DNA of 64,000 bases from a virus, in the IMG/VR virus record IMGVR_UViG_2811995041_000003, positions 1,923-65,922 of that record; one strand, written 5' to 3'. Positions 17,952 through 28,390 of this stretch are shown piece by piece (positions within the stretch are counted from its first letter, which is position 1; the number at the start of each line of letters is the position of its first letter). The notes beneath the pieces are model-generated. The model made no database searches. It saw only the letters and a list, made by a program, of their open reading frames with translations, and was not told where the DNA came from. A program made the translations under genes and the position numbers.

Positions 17952-20051
17952 TTGACGAATAAACACGCGAAGTATATCGAACTTAATAACGAAATTATGA
18001 TACGGAAGAACGGCGGCTTTCAATTCGAAAAGGATGCCGAAGCCGTCCGCAGTTATTTCATAGATTACGTGAATCAGAATACGGTATTTTTCCACGATCT
18101 GCGCGAAAAGCTCGACTATCTGATCGAGAACGATTATTACGAACGCGAGGTCTTCGAACCTTATACGTTCGACGAAATCAAAGCGGTCTACAAGGCGGCT
18201 TATGCGAAAAAGTTCCGCTTCCCTTCGTTCATGAGTGCGTTTAAGTTCTATAACGACTATGCGCTCAAGACGAACGATAAGAAGAAGATCCTCGAACGCT
18301 ACGAAGACCGCATCGCCATCTGTGCGCTATTCTTCGCGAAAGGAGACGCAGCCAAGGCGATCGAGTTTGCGGAAATGATGATCCGGCAGGAATATCAACC
18401 GGCCACACCGACGTTCTTGAATGCCGGGCGGAAGCGACGTGGCGAATTAGTATCGTGTTTCCTTCTCGAAGTGGGCGACTCTCTGAACGATATTCAAATG
18501 GCGATCGGAACAGCAATGCAACTATCGAAGATGGGCGGAGGCGTAAGTTTGAATTTATCGAAGTTGCGCGCGAAAGGTGAATCGATCAAAGGAATCGAGA
18601 ACGTAACGAAGGGCGTCGTCGGAGTCATGAAACTCCTCGATAATGCCTTCCGCTATGCAGATCAGCAAGGCGCGCGTTCTGGGGCGGGAGCTGCGTATCT
18701 AAACGTATTCCACGCGGACATTAACGATTTCCTAGATACAAAGAAAATCTCGGCAGATGAAGACGTCCGGGTCAAAACATTATCGATCGGCGTAGTCATT
18801 CCGGATAAATTCATCGAACTAGCGCGAGAAGATCGTCCAGCTTACGTTTTCTACCCACACACGGTTTATAAGGCATATGGCACGCATCTTGACGACATGG
18901 ATATTGGCGCAATGTACGATGAACTCGTAGATAATCCGGCGGTGCGCAAGGAACGCATTAACCCACGTCAGTTACTCGAAAAGATGGCCGTGCTGCGTTC
19001 CGAATCAGGCTATCCGTATCTAATGTTTCAAGATAATGTGAACCGAGAACATGCGCTTAATCACATTTCGAAGGTTAAATTTTCCAACCTCTGTTCAGAA
19101 ATTTGTCAGGCGTCGCAGGTATCCGAATACACCGACTACGGCGAACCGGACGCAATCGGTCTCGACATCTCGTGCAATCTCGGCTCGCTGAACATTGCGA
19201 ACGTCATGGCGAACAAGTCGATCGAGCAAACGGTAAAGCTCGCAGTCGATGCGCTGACGGTCGTATCGGAATCAACGAATATCAAGAACGCTCCGGCAGT
19301 CGCGAAGGCTAACCGTCAGATGCGTTCGATCGGCCTGGGCGCGATGAATCTACACGGATATCTTGCGCAGAATAGGATCGCTTATGAATCGGAAGAGGCT
19401 CGCGACTTCGCTAACGTATTCTTTGCGCTCGTCAATTATTGGTCGCTGGTGCGGTCGATGGAGCTTGCGAAGGAAACCGGCAGCACGTTCGAGGGATTCG
19501 AAGGATCAACGTATGCGGACGGCAGCTACTTCGATAAGTACGTCGCGGGAGATTTTCGTCCTAAAACGGAGAAGGTCGCGAAGCTGTTTGAAGGCGTTGA
19601 AATTCCGGAACGCATCGATTGGGTTCGGCTGGAGGATAACGTACGGAAACACGGACTCTATCATTCGTATAGACTAGCGATCGCACCGACGGGATCTATT
19701 TCGTATGTGCAGTCGGCTACAGCGTCGGTCATGCCGATTATGGAGCGAATCGAAGAGCGTACGTACAGCAATTCGAAGACGTATTATCCGATGCCGGGGC
19801 TTAGCGCGAAGAACTGGTTCTTCTACAAGGAAGCGTACGACATGGATATGTTTAAAGTCGTCGATATGATTGCGACAATTCAGCAGCATGTCGATCAAGG
19901 CATTTCATTTACATTGTTCCTGAAAGATACCATGACGACACGCGATCTGAACCGGATCGATCTTTATGCCCATCACAAAGGGATCAAGACGCTGTATTAT
20001 GCGCGGACTAAAGATACCGGACAGGAAGGCTGCTTGTCGTGCGTAGTTTAA
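17952..20051 (+). CDS. nrdE: Class Ib ribonucleotide reductase alpha subunit
   Basis: 'PATPTFLNAG', 'SNLCSEI', 'APTGSIS', C-terminal CLSC; uninterrupted. Confidence 0.96.
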   Translation: MTNKHAKYIELNNEIMIRKNGGFQFEKDAEAVRSYFIDYVNQNTVFFHDLREKLDYLIENDYYEREVFEPYTFDEIKAVYKAAYAKKFRFPSFMSAFKFYNDYALKTNDKKKILERYEDRIAICALFFAKGDAAKAIEFAEMMIRQEYQPATPTFLNAGRKRRGELVSCFLLEVGDSLNDIQMAIGTAMQLSKMGGGVSLNLSKLRAKGESIKGIENVTKGVVGVMKLLDNAFRYADQQGARSGAGAAYLNVFHADINDFLDTKKISADEDVRVKTLSIGVVIPDKFIELAREDRPAYVFYPHTVYKAYGTHLDDMDIGAMYDELVDNPAVRKERINPRQLLEKMAVLRSESGYPYLMFQDNVNREHALNHISKVKFSNLCSEICQASQVSEYTDYGEPDAIGLDISCNLGSLNIANVMANKSIEQTVKLAVDALTVVSESTNIKNAPAVAKANRQMRSIGLGAMNLHGYLAQNRIAYESEEARDFANVFFALVNYWSLVRSMELAKETGSTFEGFEGSTYADGSYFDKYVAGDFRPKTEKVAKLFEGVEIPERIDWVRLEDNVRKHGLYHSYRLAIAPTGSISYVQSATASVMPIMERIEERTYSNSKTYYPMPGLSAKNWFFYKEAYDMDMFKVVDMIATIQQHVDQGISFTLFLKDTMTTRDLNRIDLYAHHKGIKTLYYARTKDTGQEGCLSCVV

Positions 20052-20076
20052 ATTATTGGATTGATAGGAGGCGGTA

Positions 20077-20415
20077 TTGGTAGTGGGCCAGCCAACTAAC
20101 TTCGTTAAGATTTACTGCGATCTCATTTTGAAGAAAATCGTATCGAATATACTCTCTAATCAAAACAAGAAAACAAAAGCCTTAAATATAGCTATGAAAA
20201 CAGCCGAAACAGGACAACAAGTCAGGACTACAAGGCATTGGAGAGCAGTTGGAGACAATGAGTTTTACTACGGGGAAATCCAAAAAGGATTCCAACAGAT
20301 GAAGGAGCTTGATGAGTTAACCGGGTGGAGCGAGAACTTGCATCAAGACAGGTTTAAGTTCATGCGAGATAAATATGAAGACATATTGAACGAATATTTA
20401 AGCAGACGCAGCTAG
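20077..20415 (+). CDS. Hypothetical protein between nrdE and nrdF
   Basis: AGGAGG RBS, TTG start; AT-richer than flanks by eye. Confidence 0.6.
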   Translation: MVVGQPTNFVKIYCDLILKKIVSNILSNQNKKTKALNIAMKTAETGQQVRTTRHWRAVGDNEFYYGEIQKGFQQMKELDELTGWSENLHQDRFKFMRDKYEDILNEYLSRRS

Positions 20416-20453
20416 TAAATCCGAAAAATAACAAAAAGAAGGAGGACGAATAA

Positions 20454-21425
20454 TTGACGCAATATACAGCGGCCAACTGGTCGCAACACGAAGACGGATT
20501 CACACAGATGTTTTACGAACAGAACGTTAAGCAGTTTTGGCTTCCGGAAGAGATTTCGCTGAATGGCGACCTTCTAACATGGAAGTATCTCGGAACCAAC
20601 GAACAGGACACGTATATGAAAGTCCTCGCGGGACTGACGCTTCTGGATACGGAACAGGGAAACACGGGAATGCCGTTAATTGCCGCCCAGGTATCCGGTC
20701 ATCAGCGCAAAGCCGTCCTGAACTTTATGGCGATGATGGAAAACGCAGTCCATGCGAAGTCGTATTCGAACATCTTCATGACGCTCGCACCAATGGAGAA
20801 AATTACGGAACTGTTCGAATGGGTGAAGACGAATCGATACTTGCAGCGTAAGGCCGAAATCATTGGTGGGCTGTACAACGCGATTAAGCCAGGCGATGAC
20901 ATTTCGCTTTACAAGGCGATGGTTGCGTCGGTCTATCTCGAAAGCTTCCTGTTCTATAGCGGCTTTTATTATCCGTTATATTTCTACGGTCAAGGAAAAC
21001 TGATGAACAGCGGCGAGATCATTAATTTGATTATCCGCGACGAAGCGATCCACGGCGTCTATGTCGGCTTACTCGCGCAGGAAATTTATAATCGTCAGTC
21101 TCCGGGCGTCCAGATCGAATTGCGCGACTTTGCCGTCGAATTGCTTGCAGAACTTTACGAGAATGAGACCGCATATACTGAGGATATTTACGATCAGGTC
21201 GGGCTGACTCACGACGTTAAGAAGTTTGTCCGGTACAACGGAAACAAGGCGCTGGCTAACCTCGGATTCGACCCATATTTCGAAGATGAAACGGTAAATC
21301 CGATCGTGCTGAACGGATTGAATACGAAGACGAAATCTATGGACTTCTTCAGTCAAAAGGGGAATTCTTACAAAAAAGCTACCGCTGAAGCTTTGCAGGA
21401 TGAGGATTTTTACTTTGGGGATTGA
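20454..21425 (+). CDS. nrdF: Class Ib ribonucleotide reductase beta subunit
   Basis: 'FWLPEE', '[10 protein letters not shown]', 'ESFLFYSGF', 'DEAIHG'. Confidence 0.96.
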   Translation: MTQYTAANWSQHEDGFTQMFYEQNVKQFWLPEEISLNGDLLTWKYLGTNEQDTYMKVLAGLTLLDTEQGNTGMPLIAAQVSGHQRKAVLNFMAMMENAVHAKSYSNIFMTLAPMEKITELFEWVKTNRYLQRKAEIIGGLYNAIKPGDDISLYKAMVASVYLESFLFYSGFYYPLYFYGQGKLMNSGEIINLIIRDEAIHGVYVGLLAQEIYNRQSPGVQIELRDFAVELLAELYENETAYTEDIYDQVGLTHDVKKFVRYNGNKALANLGFDPYFEDETVNPIVLNGLNTKTKSMDFFSQKGNSYKKATAEALQDEDFYFGD

Positions 21426-22151
21426 ACACGAACTTATAGGTGAGGTGTTCTCGAACAACCAAGGGCAGAAATATGAAGTTCTTCGAGTAAGTGGACGGAA
21501 GAAGAACGGAACAAAACTATTTAGAATACGGTTCGTAAAAACAGGCTATGAGCGAGATGTGGAAAAAGTTGAAATCATGCGTGGGAAAATAAAAGATCGA
21601 TATGAAAAATCAGTGTTTGGAGTAGGTTATCTCGGGGACGTAAAGATGGTAGGGGTAAAAAATATTTATTCAATTTGGAGTGGTATGCTAGAGCGATGCT
21701 ACGATCCTGATTGTCCGCATTATTCATCGTATGGCGGAGCCGGAGTAAAAGTTTGCGATCGATGGCACTGCTTTAAGCATTTTCTCGAAGATTTTCCGAG
21801 GATAGATGGGTATGATGAGGAACTTTTCAATAACCGAAAACTCTTTCTCGACAAAGATATAAAGCAGCAAGGCGTACCGAAAAGCCAGAAAGTTTATTCC
21901 CCGGAAACTTGCTGCTTTGTCACCCGGGAAGTCAATAATGCTTATCGAGACTTGTCTAATACCCGCGTTCACTTCATCGCAAAGTCCCCGGAGGGAGAAA
22001 TTATCCGAGAGGAAGGTCTTCGGCCATTCTCAGAAAAGTACGGCTGCATCGTCCAATAATAAAGAAATGTCTGCGCGGTGAACGAACGGACTATAACGGC
22101 TGGACTTTCGAGCTTGTAAAAGAATCGAATTGGGGGCGTAAGAGTGCTTAA
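21400..22151 (+). CDS. Free-standing HNH-type homing endonuclease, frameshifted near 22043
   Basis: '[10 protein letters not shown]...[12 protein letters not shown]...LDKD...[11 protein letters not shown]'; HTH-like tail continues in the -1 frame to TAA 22151; start uncertain. Confidence 0.7.
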
Positions 22152-22205
22152 TTACGCGTCCATTAACGAAAGTATATACGCAACTATTAACGAGGGGGAA
22201 TCGAA

Positions 22206-22787
22206 ATGAACGTAAATATTAAACGCCTGTCACCCGATGCACAAATTCCACAATACGCTCACGCTTCCGACGCTTGCTTCGACCTAGTAGCGGTAGAAGA
22301 CGTCATTATCGAGCCGGGAAAAACCACGCTAGTCAAAACGGGGCTAGTATTCGAGATTCCGGAAGGCTACGAAATGCAGATTCGGCCACGTTCGGGTATT
22401 ACGTTGAAGACGAAGCTGCGTGTTCAGCTCGGTACGGTCGACGCAGGCTATCGGGGCGAGGTCGGAGTGATTGTCGATAATATTGCGCAATGGATTTACG
22501 ATACTAACGAGGCCGGCACACTCATAAATGTTTGCCGAGGGTATGCGGAAAGTGTGAGCGGAACATTGGTCGACATACCTTACGAAATTGTCGGTGCGGG
22601 AACGTACATCATCCGCAAAGGCGATCGTATCGCCCAAGCCGTAATCAAGCCGATCGAGCAGGCGGTTTTTACGGAAGTGGCCGAGTTGGGCGATAGCGAT
22701 CGGGGTGCGGGCGGCTTTGGGAGTAGCGGTGTCGGAAGTCCCCATCCGGAATATTTCGGAGAGCCGATCGGAAAGGAGCTGATATAA
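22206..22787 (+). CDS. dut: Trimeric dUTPase
   Basis: 'ACFDL', 'RPRSG', 'GTVDAGYRGE', 'GDRIAQ', 'RGAGGFGSSG'. Confidence 0.93.
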   Translation: MNVNIKRLSPDAQIPQYAHASDACFDLVAVEDVIIEPGKTTLVKTGLVFEIPEGYEMQIRPRSGITLKTKLRVQLGTVDAGYRGEVGVIVDNIAQWIYDTNEAGTLINVCRGYAESVSGTLVDIPYEIVGAGTYIIRKGDRIAQAVIKPIEQAVFTEVAELGDSDRGAGGFGSSGVGSPHPEYFGEPIGKELI

Positions 22788-23014
22788 TGGCGCAAACCTA
22801 CGCATGTTTCTTGAACGGAAAATTCTATGGCGCGGGCGACCTCGACTATATGAACGAGCTGTTTCGCGATTATGTTGTCGCTTCCGGAATGTATGGCAAA
22901 GACGATTGCACTTTTCGGATCACAACGAAAGAGAAAGCGAGAGAAATAGTTACGCAATCTATTAACGACCAATACCGAAGAGTTTTCGAAAGTCTAGCGA
23001 AGGAGGACGAATAA
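22787..23014 (+). CDS. Hypothetical protein
   Basis: AAGGAG RBS; coupled ORF. Confidence 0.6.
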   Translation: MAQTYACFLNGKFYGAGDLDYMNELFRDYVVASGMYGKDDCTFRITTKEKAREIVTQSINDQYRRVFESLAKEDE

Positions 23015-23845
23015 ATGGCGGAAACCAAAATGAACGTACAGCTAATCGCACATACGCAATTAAGCGACGAATTCAAACAGACCCTCGATTACAGAAAATA
23101 CGATGAATCTGGCGAATATTATACGAACACCTTGGACGATCTGCACCAAACCGACGGCCAAGCGGTCGCCCTAACCGCAATCAGAACGTGCTACAGCGCC
23201 AACAAGCCGTCTGAAATCGTCGCAAAGGAAGGCGTCAAGTATTTCGGATCCAAAGCGTCAGATGGCGGTGCAGGCACGGACGCCGACCGGCTATTCCGAA
23301 TGATCGTACGTTCCGGCCACACGTCGACACTCGAACACCTTTCGTTCACCTTTGCGATTGAGGGCGTCAGCCGGGCGTTATTGGCGCAGCTTACACGCCA
23401 CAGAGTCGGCTTTAGTTTCAGCGTCCAGTCACAGCGTTATGTGCGGATGGGAAGCGATGATAAGATCGGCGGATTCGATTATGTAGTTCCGGGGAAAGTT
23501 GAATACGGAAGCGAGCAGGTGCATTTTCAGCGACGCGAAATGTTTGACGGGGTTGCTTACGGATTTGCTGACGAGGTTTTCAGAGAGGCGATGGATAACG
23601 CGCAATATTACTACGATATGCTTCGTAAATCCGGAGTGCCCGCCGAAGATGCTCGCGCCGTCCTCCCGCAAGCAGCCGCAACGAATCTCGTAATGACTGC
23701 AAATCTACGGTCGTTACTCGAATTCTATTCGAAACGGAAACCGGGCAAAGGTGCGCAAAAGGAGATCGCTGACCTCGCGGAAGCCTTACGTCAGGAAGTC
23801 GTTAATGTAGAGCCATGGACGGCTCAGTTTTTCGAGGAGGTGTAA
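23015..23845 (+). CDS. thyX: Flavin-dependent thymidylate synthase
   Basis: 'HTSTLEH', 'RHR...SQRY', 'EDARAVLP', 'AQKEI'. Confidence 0.93.
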   Translation: MAETKMNVQLIAHTQLSDEFKQTLDYRKYDESGEYYTNTLDDLHQTDGQAVALTAIRTCYSANKPSEIVAKEGVKYFGSKASDGGAGTDADRLFRMIVRSGHTSTLEHLSFTFAIEGVSRALLAQLTRHRVGFSFSVQSQRYVRMGSDDKIGGFDYVVPGKVEYGSEQVHFQRREMFDGVAYGFADEVFREAMDNAQYYYDMLRKSGVPAEDARAVLPQAAATNLVMTANLRSLLEFYSKRKPGKGAQKEIADLAEALRQEVVNVEPWTAQFFEEV

Positions 23846-23847
23846 GC

Positions 23848-24405
23848 ATCGGTATCCTAACGAATTTCACGCTAACAGCGCAGCTATTCTCCGGCCACTG
23901 TCCGACAGATCAGCCGCCAGAACCGCCAAGGATAACGCCAGATCAGGCCGCACTTCAATCGGCAGAATCGCGTAACGAAGAATTAACGAAAGAGATAACG
24001 AAAAAGGACGCGCAGATACAGGCGCTTGAGGACGAAGTCAAGGCGCTGAAGAAGTCAAAAAAGAAACCGGCTCCGGACGCCACTAAAACGTCAGCATGGC
24101 GGACTTTTACCATGACAGCTTATACGGCCTATTGCGCGGAAGGCTGTACCGGCACCACAAAGACGGGAGTCGACGTCAGCCATTCGATCTATTACGAAGG
24201 AGCGCGCGTCATAGCGGTCGATCCGTCTGTGATTGCGCTCGGCTCTACGGTTGAAGTCCGGCTCGCTGACGGTTCGAGCTTCCGGGCGAAGGCTATCGAT
24301 ACAGGAGGCGCAATTAAAGGCGCACGGCTCGACCTATTGGTCGCGAATGAAGCCGACGCAGTACAGTTCGGCCGGCAGTCGGTAGAATTGCGGGTTATTA
24401 AATAA
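23848..24405 (+). CDS. 3D-domain (peptidoglycan lytic) protein with coiled coil
   Basis: 'MTAY...IAVDPSVIALGS...AIDTGGAIKGARLDLL'; probable ATC start after GAGGAGGTG. Confidence 0.8.
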   Translation: MGILTNFTLTAQLFSGHCPTDQPPEPPRITPDQAALQSAESRNEELTKEITKKDAQIQALEDEVKALKKSKKKPAPDATKTSAWRTFTMTAYTAYCAEGCTGTTKTGVDVSHSIYYEGARVIAVDPSVIALGSTVEVRLADGSSFRAKAIDTGGAIKGARLDLLVANEADAVQFGRQSVELRVIK

Positions 24406-24421
24406 CGAGGAGGCGGTTCGT

Positions 24422-25606
24422 TTGGACTTCCTTAAAAGCGCGATGGATCGGGTTAAGCCGGAATTTGAACGATTAATACGAAGGGAGCTCGGTAAAATGA
24501 CGAAAACTAACGAAAAAATCCACGTATTGGCTGACGAATCGCTTGGCGGAATCAAACGCGAATATGTAGAGGTCGGCAGGAAGGCGAAAATGGGTGAGAA
24601 GATCGTAATTGTCGATGCTGACCCAGGTTATGGAGATCATTATTCAAATGGGGATTTTTTTACCGTCGAGCTCTACACGGGCTATGGTAGTGGTGTAGCA
24701 ACAAAATGCGGTCATCTTGTTGGTAATAACGAATACCGTACACTCGAACCGACCAACGTCGTCCACATTGACGGCCCTGACGGTACGGAGCGCTACGAAA
24801 TGGTCGATCGCAAGGCGGAAGTAGGCGAGAAGGTTATCGTAACTAAGAGCGATGATTTTCCGAAAGGGTTAATTGATACGGTGGAATATTGTTACGAGTT
24901 TTCAGATTACGGATCAATCGACTTAGTGGAAGGCGCGGATGACCTGAAGTATCTGGACGCAGCGTACGAAGAATACCGCGTCCTCGTCCCGGTCGAATCC
25001 TCCGAAGAAGAACCGCAGCCGGCCGACCCGATCGACGTTATCGCTAACCTAGCGACGCGTGTTGCGGAATTGGAACGTGAGAATAAACGGATCAAGGAAG
25101 ACCTCGGCTGGTACGAAATGGGACCGGGAAGGATTGCAGAGTTGCGGAATTCAGTTTCGGACATTCGTCACGATATCGCTAAGCTAGAGGAAAAAATCGA
25201 ACACGATTATGCTACAAACGAGGGTGTGACCGATTTTCTATACGAAGAAGTTAAGCGTCTACAAGACGAAATAGACACGCTTCACAAAGACAACCGGAGG
25301 CACGGCGAAGAATTAGCGAAAATTAAGGATCATATTGACGATTTTCAAGACGCTGAAAATGACCGGATCTACAATCTTTACGCCGCTATAAACGGTAAGA
25401 AGGCGCCGGTAGAAACCGAAGATAGTCCTCCGATTGACGCTCCGTTAGTTTTTGTTCAAAGGAAGATCGGCGATGCTTTTGAAGTGTATCAAGACGGCAA
25501 GAGATTGCGCGGCATCAAGCGTATTCGTATTGACGCGGCGACGGAAGAGTTCACTACGCATGAGATCGAATATATCTCCGGAGCAACCGAGGAGGAACGC
25601 CAATGA
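24422..25606 (+). CDS. Hypothetical protein (SH3-like repeats + coiled coil)
   Basis: Repeated 'RKA(K/E)(M/V)GEK(I/V)' units. Confidence 0.65.
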   Translation: MDFLKSAMDRVKPEFERLIRRELGKMTKTNEKIHVLADESLGGIKREYVEVGRKAKMGEKIVIVDADPGYGDHYSNGDFFTVELYTGYGSGVATKCGHLVGNNEYRTLEPTNVVHIDGPDGTERYEMVDRKAEVGEKVIVTKSDDFPKGLIDTVEYCYEFSDYGSIDLVEGADDLKYLDAAYEEYRVLVPVESSEEEPQPADPIDVIANLATRVAELERENKRIKEDLGWYEMGPGRIAELRNSVSDIRHDIAKLEEKIEHDYATNEGVTDFLYEEVKRLQDEIDTLHKDNRRHGEELAKIKDHIDDFQDAENDRIYNLYAAINGKKAPVETEDSPPIDAPLVFVQRKIGDAFEVYQDGKRLRGIKRIRIDAATEEFTTHEIEYISGATEEERQ

Positions 25607-26163
25607 AGATCGCCCTCACCGCACCTCTTCGCGCAGGAAAGTCGCTGGCCGCTTCGTACATTTCGCTTCACTACGATTTCCAGCCGTTCGCATTCGGCGA
25701 CGAACTGAAGGACGCATTCCACCGCGCATTCCCTCACGTTCCGAGAAATCCGAAGCCGCGCGCTCATTATCAAGAGTTCGGTCAGTGGGCGCGGGAAGCC
25801 TTCGGAGAGGACGTATGGATCGACGCTCTCATGCCGAAAATATCCGCCTATCTTGACCGCCATCCTTGCGACTGCGGCAATACAGCGCTAAAGAATCGCG
25901 TGATCGTCGATGACTGCCGCCAGCCTAACGAATACAAGCGATTGAAGGACGAAGGCTTCGTATTTATCCGCATAACAGCACCGGTCGATCTCCGTATTGA
26001 ACGCGCCAAAAAAGCCGGCGATGCTTTCACGCTTGCCGACTTAGAGCATCCGACTGAGCTTGCCGTCAATAGTTTCGAAGTTGATTACGAAATAGAAAAC
26101 GCAGGCGAGCCGGAAGAGTTATACGCAAAGCTGGACGAGATTATGGCGGAGGTGTTGAAGTGA
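25603..26163 (+). CDS. Deoxynucleoside monophosphate kinase-like P-loop protein
   Basis: 'APLRAGKS', 'AFGDELK', 'DDCRQPNE', 'HPTE'. Confidence 0.75.
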   Translation: MKIALTAPLRAGKSLAASYISLHYDFQPFAFGDELKDAFHRAFPHVPRNPKPRAHYQEFGQWAREAFGEDVWIDALMPKISAYLDRHPCDCGNTALKNRVIVDDCRQPNEYKRLKDEGFVFIRITAPVDLRIERAKKAGDAFTLADLEHPTELAVNSFEVDYEIENAGEPEELYAKLDEIMAEVLK

Positions 26164-27515
26164 CGAATATTCCGAATCATTACGGATACGGGTTACGAAA
26201 TGATGAGAAACCCTATGCGCACAAGATTCCGGATGGTGGTAACTGGCGCGATCTTCCGGAAGAAGAACAGAAGGCGTTTATGAGAGGGGCGTTTTATAGC
26301 GGAGGTGGTCAAACGACATATCTTCGTAAAATGTCTTGGGATGAGCCGGCTTTGACGATCACGGCGTCGGTAATGGCGAAAGCTACATGCCACTTACATC
26401 CGAATGAACCAATCGAAAGGAGCGAATATATGGGCGACTTTAACTTAACGCCGCAACTGCCGGCAAATGGACTGACGGTACTCGAACTATTCTGCGGAGG
26501 AGGACTTGGCGCAATCGGATTCAAAGCGGCCGGCTACCATATCGTGAAGGCGTTGGACTTCGATAAGAATGCCGTCAAAGCCTACCGCCACAACTTCGGT
26601 GATTACGTAGAACAGGCGGACATTAACGAAATTGATATCGATAGCTTGCCGGACACAGATGTAATCTTCGGAGGTCCTCCGTGCCAAGACTTCTCGGTTG
26701 CGGGTAAAGGCGCGGGAGCAGATGGCGAACGCGGTAAATTAGTCTTCCGTTACCTCGAAATTATTGAGCGCAAGCAACCGAAAGCCTTCGTATTCGAAAA
26801 CGTGAAGGGGCTGATTACGAAGCGACATCGCCCAACATTCGATGCCCTTATCGAAAGATTTAACGAAATAGGTTACGAGATTAGTTGGAAAGTGCTGAGC
26901 GCGTGGGATTACGGAGTAGCCCAGAAGCGAGAGCGCGTGTTCATCGTTGGAATACGAAAAGACCTCGGAATCACTTTCGAGTTTCCGAAGCCGTTAGAAG
27001 GCGATTATCAAACGAAGGTATTACGGGATGTTATCGGAGATCTGCCGGAGCCGGGAGTTCAGCTAAACGATAAGCAAATCGCATACTTAAATCGCAATCC
27101 GGCATCAGTTGCGAAAAATCGTCCGGTTACGATGGAAGAACCTTCGCGAACTATTCCGGCAGTTATGGGCAAAGGAGTTCCTTACGGTTTGTTTTACGCT
27201 AATCACGATGAAAAATCTTATTGGACGCCAAAAAGCGAATACACTTACGATCAAGCCAATCGCGTGCAATCGCTAGATAAACCTTCTAACACAATTCCGG
27301 CACATCACAACAGCGGTCAGCCGATTCATCCGACCGAAGCACCACGACGTTTCACAGTCCGTGAATGTCTCCGAATCCAATCTGCGCCAGACACTTACGT
27401 CCTGCCAGACGATATCTCCTTATCGGCGCAGTATCGGATCGTTGGAAACGGAATCGCTTCGCGTGTTGCGTGGTATGTAGGGCGAGCGCTTGCGGATCAG
27501 CTTTCGTCTAACTGA
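26160..27515 (+). CDS. C5-cytosine DNA methyltransferase, probably multispecific
   Basis: Motifs I FCGGG, IV GPPCQDFS, VI ENVKG, VIII QKRERVF, IX/X; three TRD-like repeats. Confidence 0.93.
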   Translation: MTNIPNHYGYGLRNDEKPYAHKIPDGGNWRDLPEEEQKAFMRGAFYSGGGQTTYLRKMSWDEPALTITASVMAKATCHLHPNEPIERSEYMGDFNLTPQLPANGLTVLELFCGGGLGAIGFKAAGYHIVKALDFDKNAVKAYRHNFGDYVEQADINEIDIDSLPDTDVIFGGPPCQDFSVAGKGAGADGERGKLVFRYLEIIERKQPKAFVFENVKGLITKRHRPTFDALIERFNEIGYEISWKVLSAWDYGVAQKRERVFIVGIRKDLGITFEFPKPLEGDYQTKVLRDVIGDLPEPGVQLNDKQIAYLNRNPASVAKNRPVTMEEPSRTIPAVMGKGVPYGLFYANHDEKSYWTPKSEYTYDQANRVQSLDKPSNTIPAHHNSGQPIHPTEAPRRFTVRECLRIQSAPDTYVLPDDISLSAQYRIVGNGIASRVAWYVGRALADQLSSN

Positions 27516-27886
27516 AACGCGTATGTGTGCTTCGGATAGGCTAGGTACGGTTGTTTAGACGCCTCACCATCGCCGATCAAATAATAGCGTTGCGGAAGCT
27601 TATCGACATCAATGCCGACCTTGCGTAAGAACGGCCTAGCCGACACGTTGCCGCGCTTATCGAACTTAAACGGCTTGACGTCCGGCTGATTAACGAGTTC
27701 GGGCTTTCCGACCACAATGCGGTTTGCTTCTGCGTCATATGCAACCGTAAGATAAAACGGTCCGTCCGCAGGTAATCCGATGATTCGCCGGGCACCTGCC
27801 GAAATAAACAAACGTCGATGCTTTTCGATTGTTATATACGCTTTGAGATTGCGCTCAAAGTCGTTTGATATCCACGTAAGAGCCAT
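27497..27886 (-). CDS. Hypothetical protein with its own SigA promoter (moron-like)
   Basis: AAGGAG RBS; TTGACT-N18-TATACT at 27947-27918 on the minus strand. Confidence 0.7.
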   Translation of the reverse strand: MALTWISNDFERNLKAYITIEKHRRLFISAGARRIIGLPADGPFYLTVAYDAEANRIVVGKPELVNQPDVKPFKFDKRGNVSARPFLRKVGIDVDKLPQRYYLIGDGEASKQPYLAYPKHTYAFQLDES

Positions 27887-28000
27887 ATCGAATCTCCTTA
27901 CGAAAGTATTTACGTTAAGTATAGACGGATTAGTTACCGATAGTCAACAGTAGTGTGCGGATTGTTAACGAAGTTATTAACGAAAAAGGAGGCGGTTGTT

Positions 28001-28390
28001 ATCGGATCAGTCAAAATCGATCTACACCGAAAGGGTCGCGAATTTGAAGCGACATATGCGTTGGACAATGCGGAGGGCGTCAAAACGTTGCTTTCCGATT
28101 ATCCGAAGTTCGTCAGCCGTAAACGACTCGGAGAATACGAAGCTGCCGAAGTGCTGCTCGATCTGCACAAAGCGATTGAGCTTGCGGATCTGACCGACAG
28201 ACAACGCGAAGCTATCCGGCTCGTATATTTCGAAGACCTGACGCAAGTCGAGGCGGGGAAACGGATGAGAGTTGGCAAGGATTCGATTAATCATCTGATA
28301 AATCGTGCAGCCGATTCAATTGCGGATATTTACTACTATTGGGCGGGACATGGCGAAGGGTACACGATGGGAGGACGAATTAATGGATAA
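28001..28390 (+). CDS. Sigma-70 region-4-like HTH protein (putative late regulator)
   Basis: 'LTDRQREAIRLVYFEDLTQVEAGKRM'; probable ATC start after AAGGAGG. Confidence 0.75.
   Translation: MGSVKIDLHRKGREFEATYALDNAEGVKTLLSDYPKFVSRKRLGEYEAAEVLLDLHKAIELADLTDRQREAIRLVYFEDLTQVEAGKRMRVGKDSINHLINRAADSIADIYYYWAGHGEGYTMGGRING

Noticed and set aside
17952..21425. Group I introns or intein in nrdE/nrdF as in SPbeta
   Set aside because: Both frames are continuous and of normal length.
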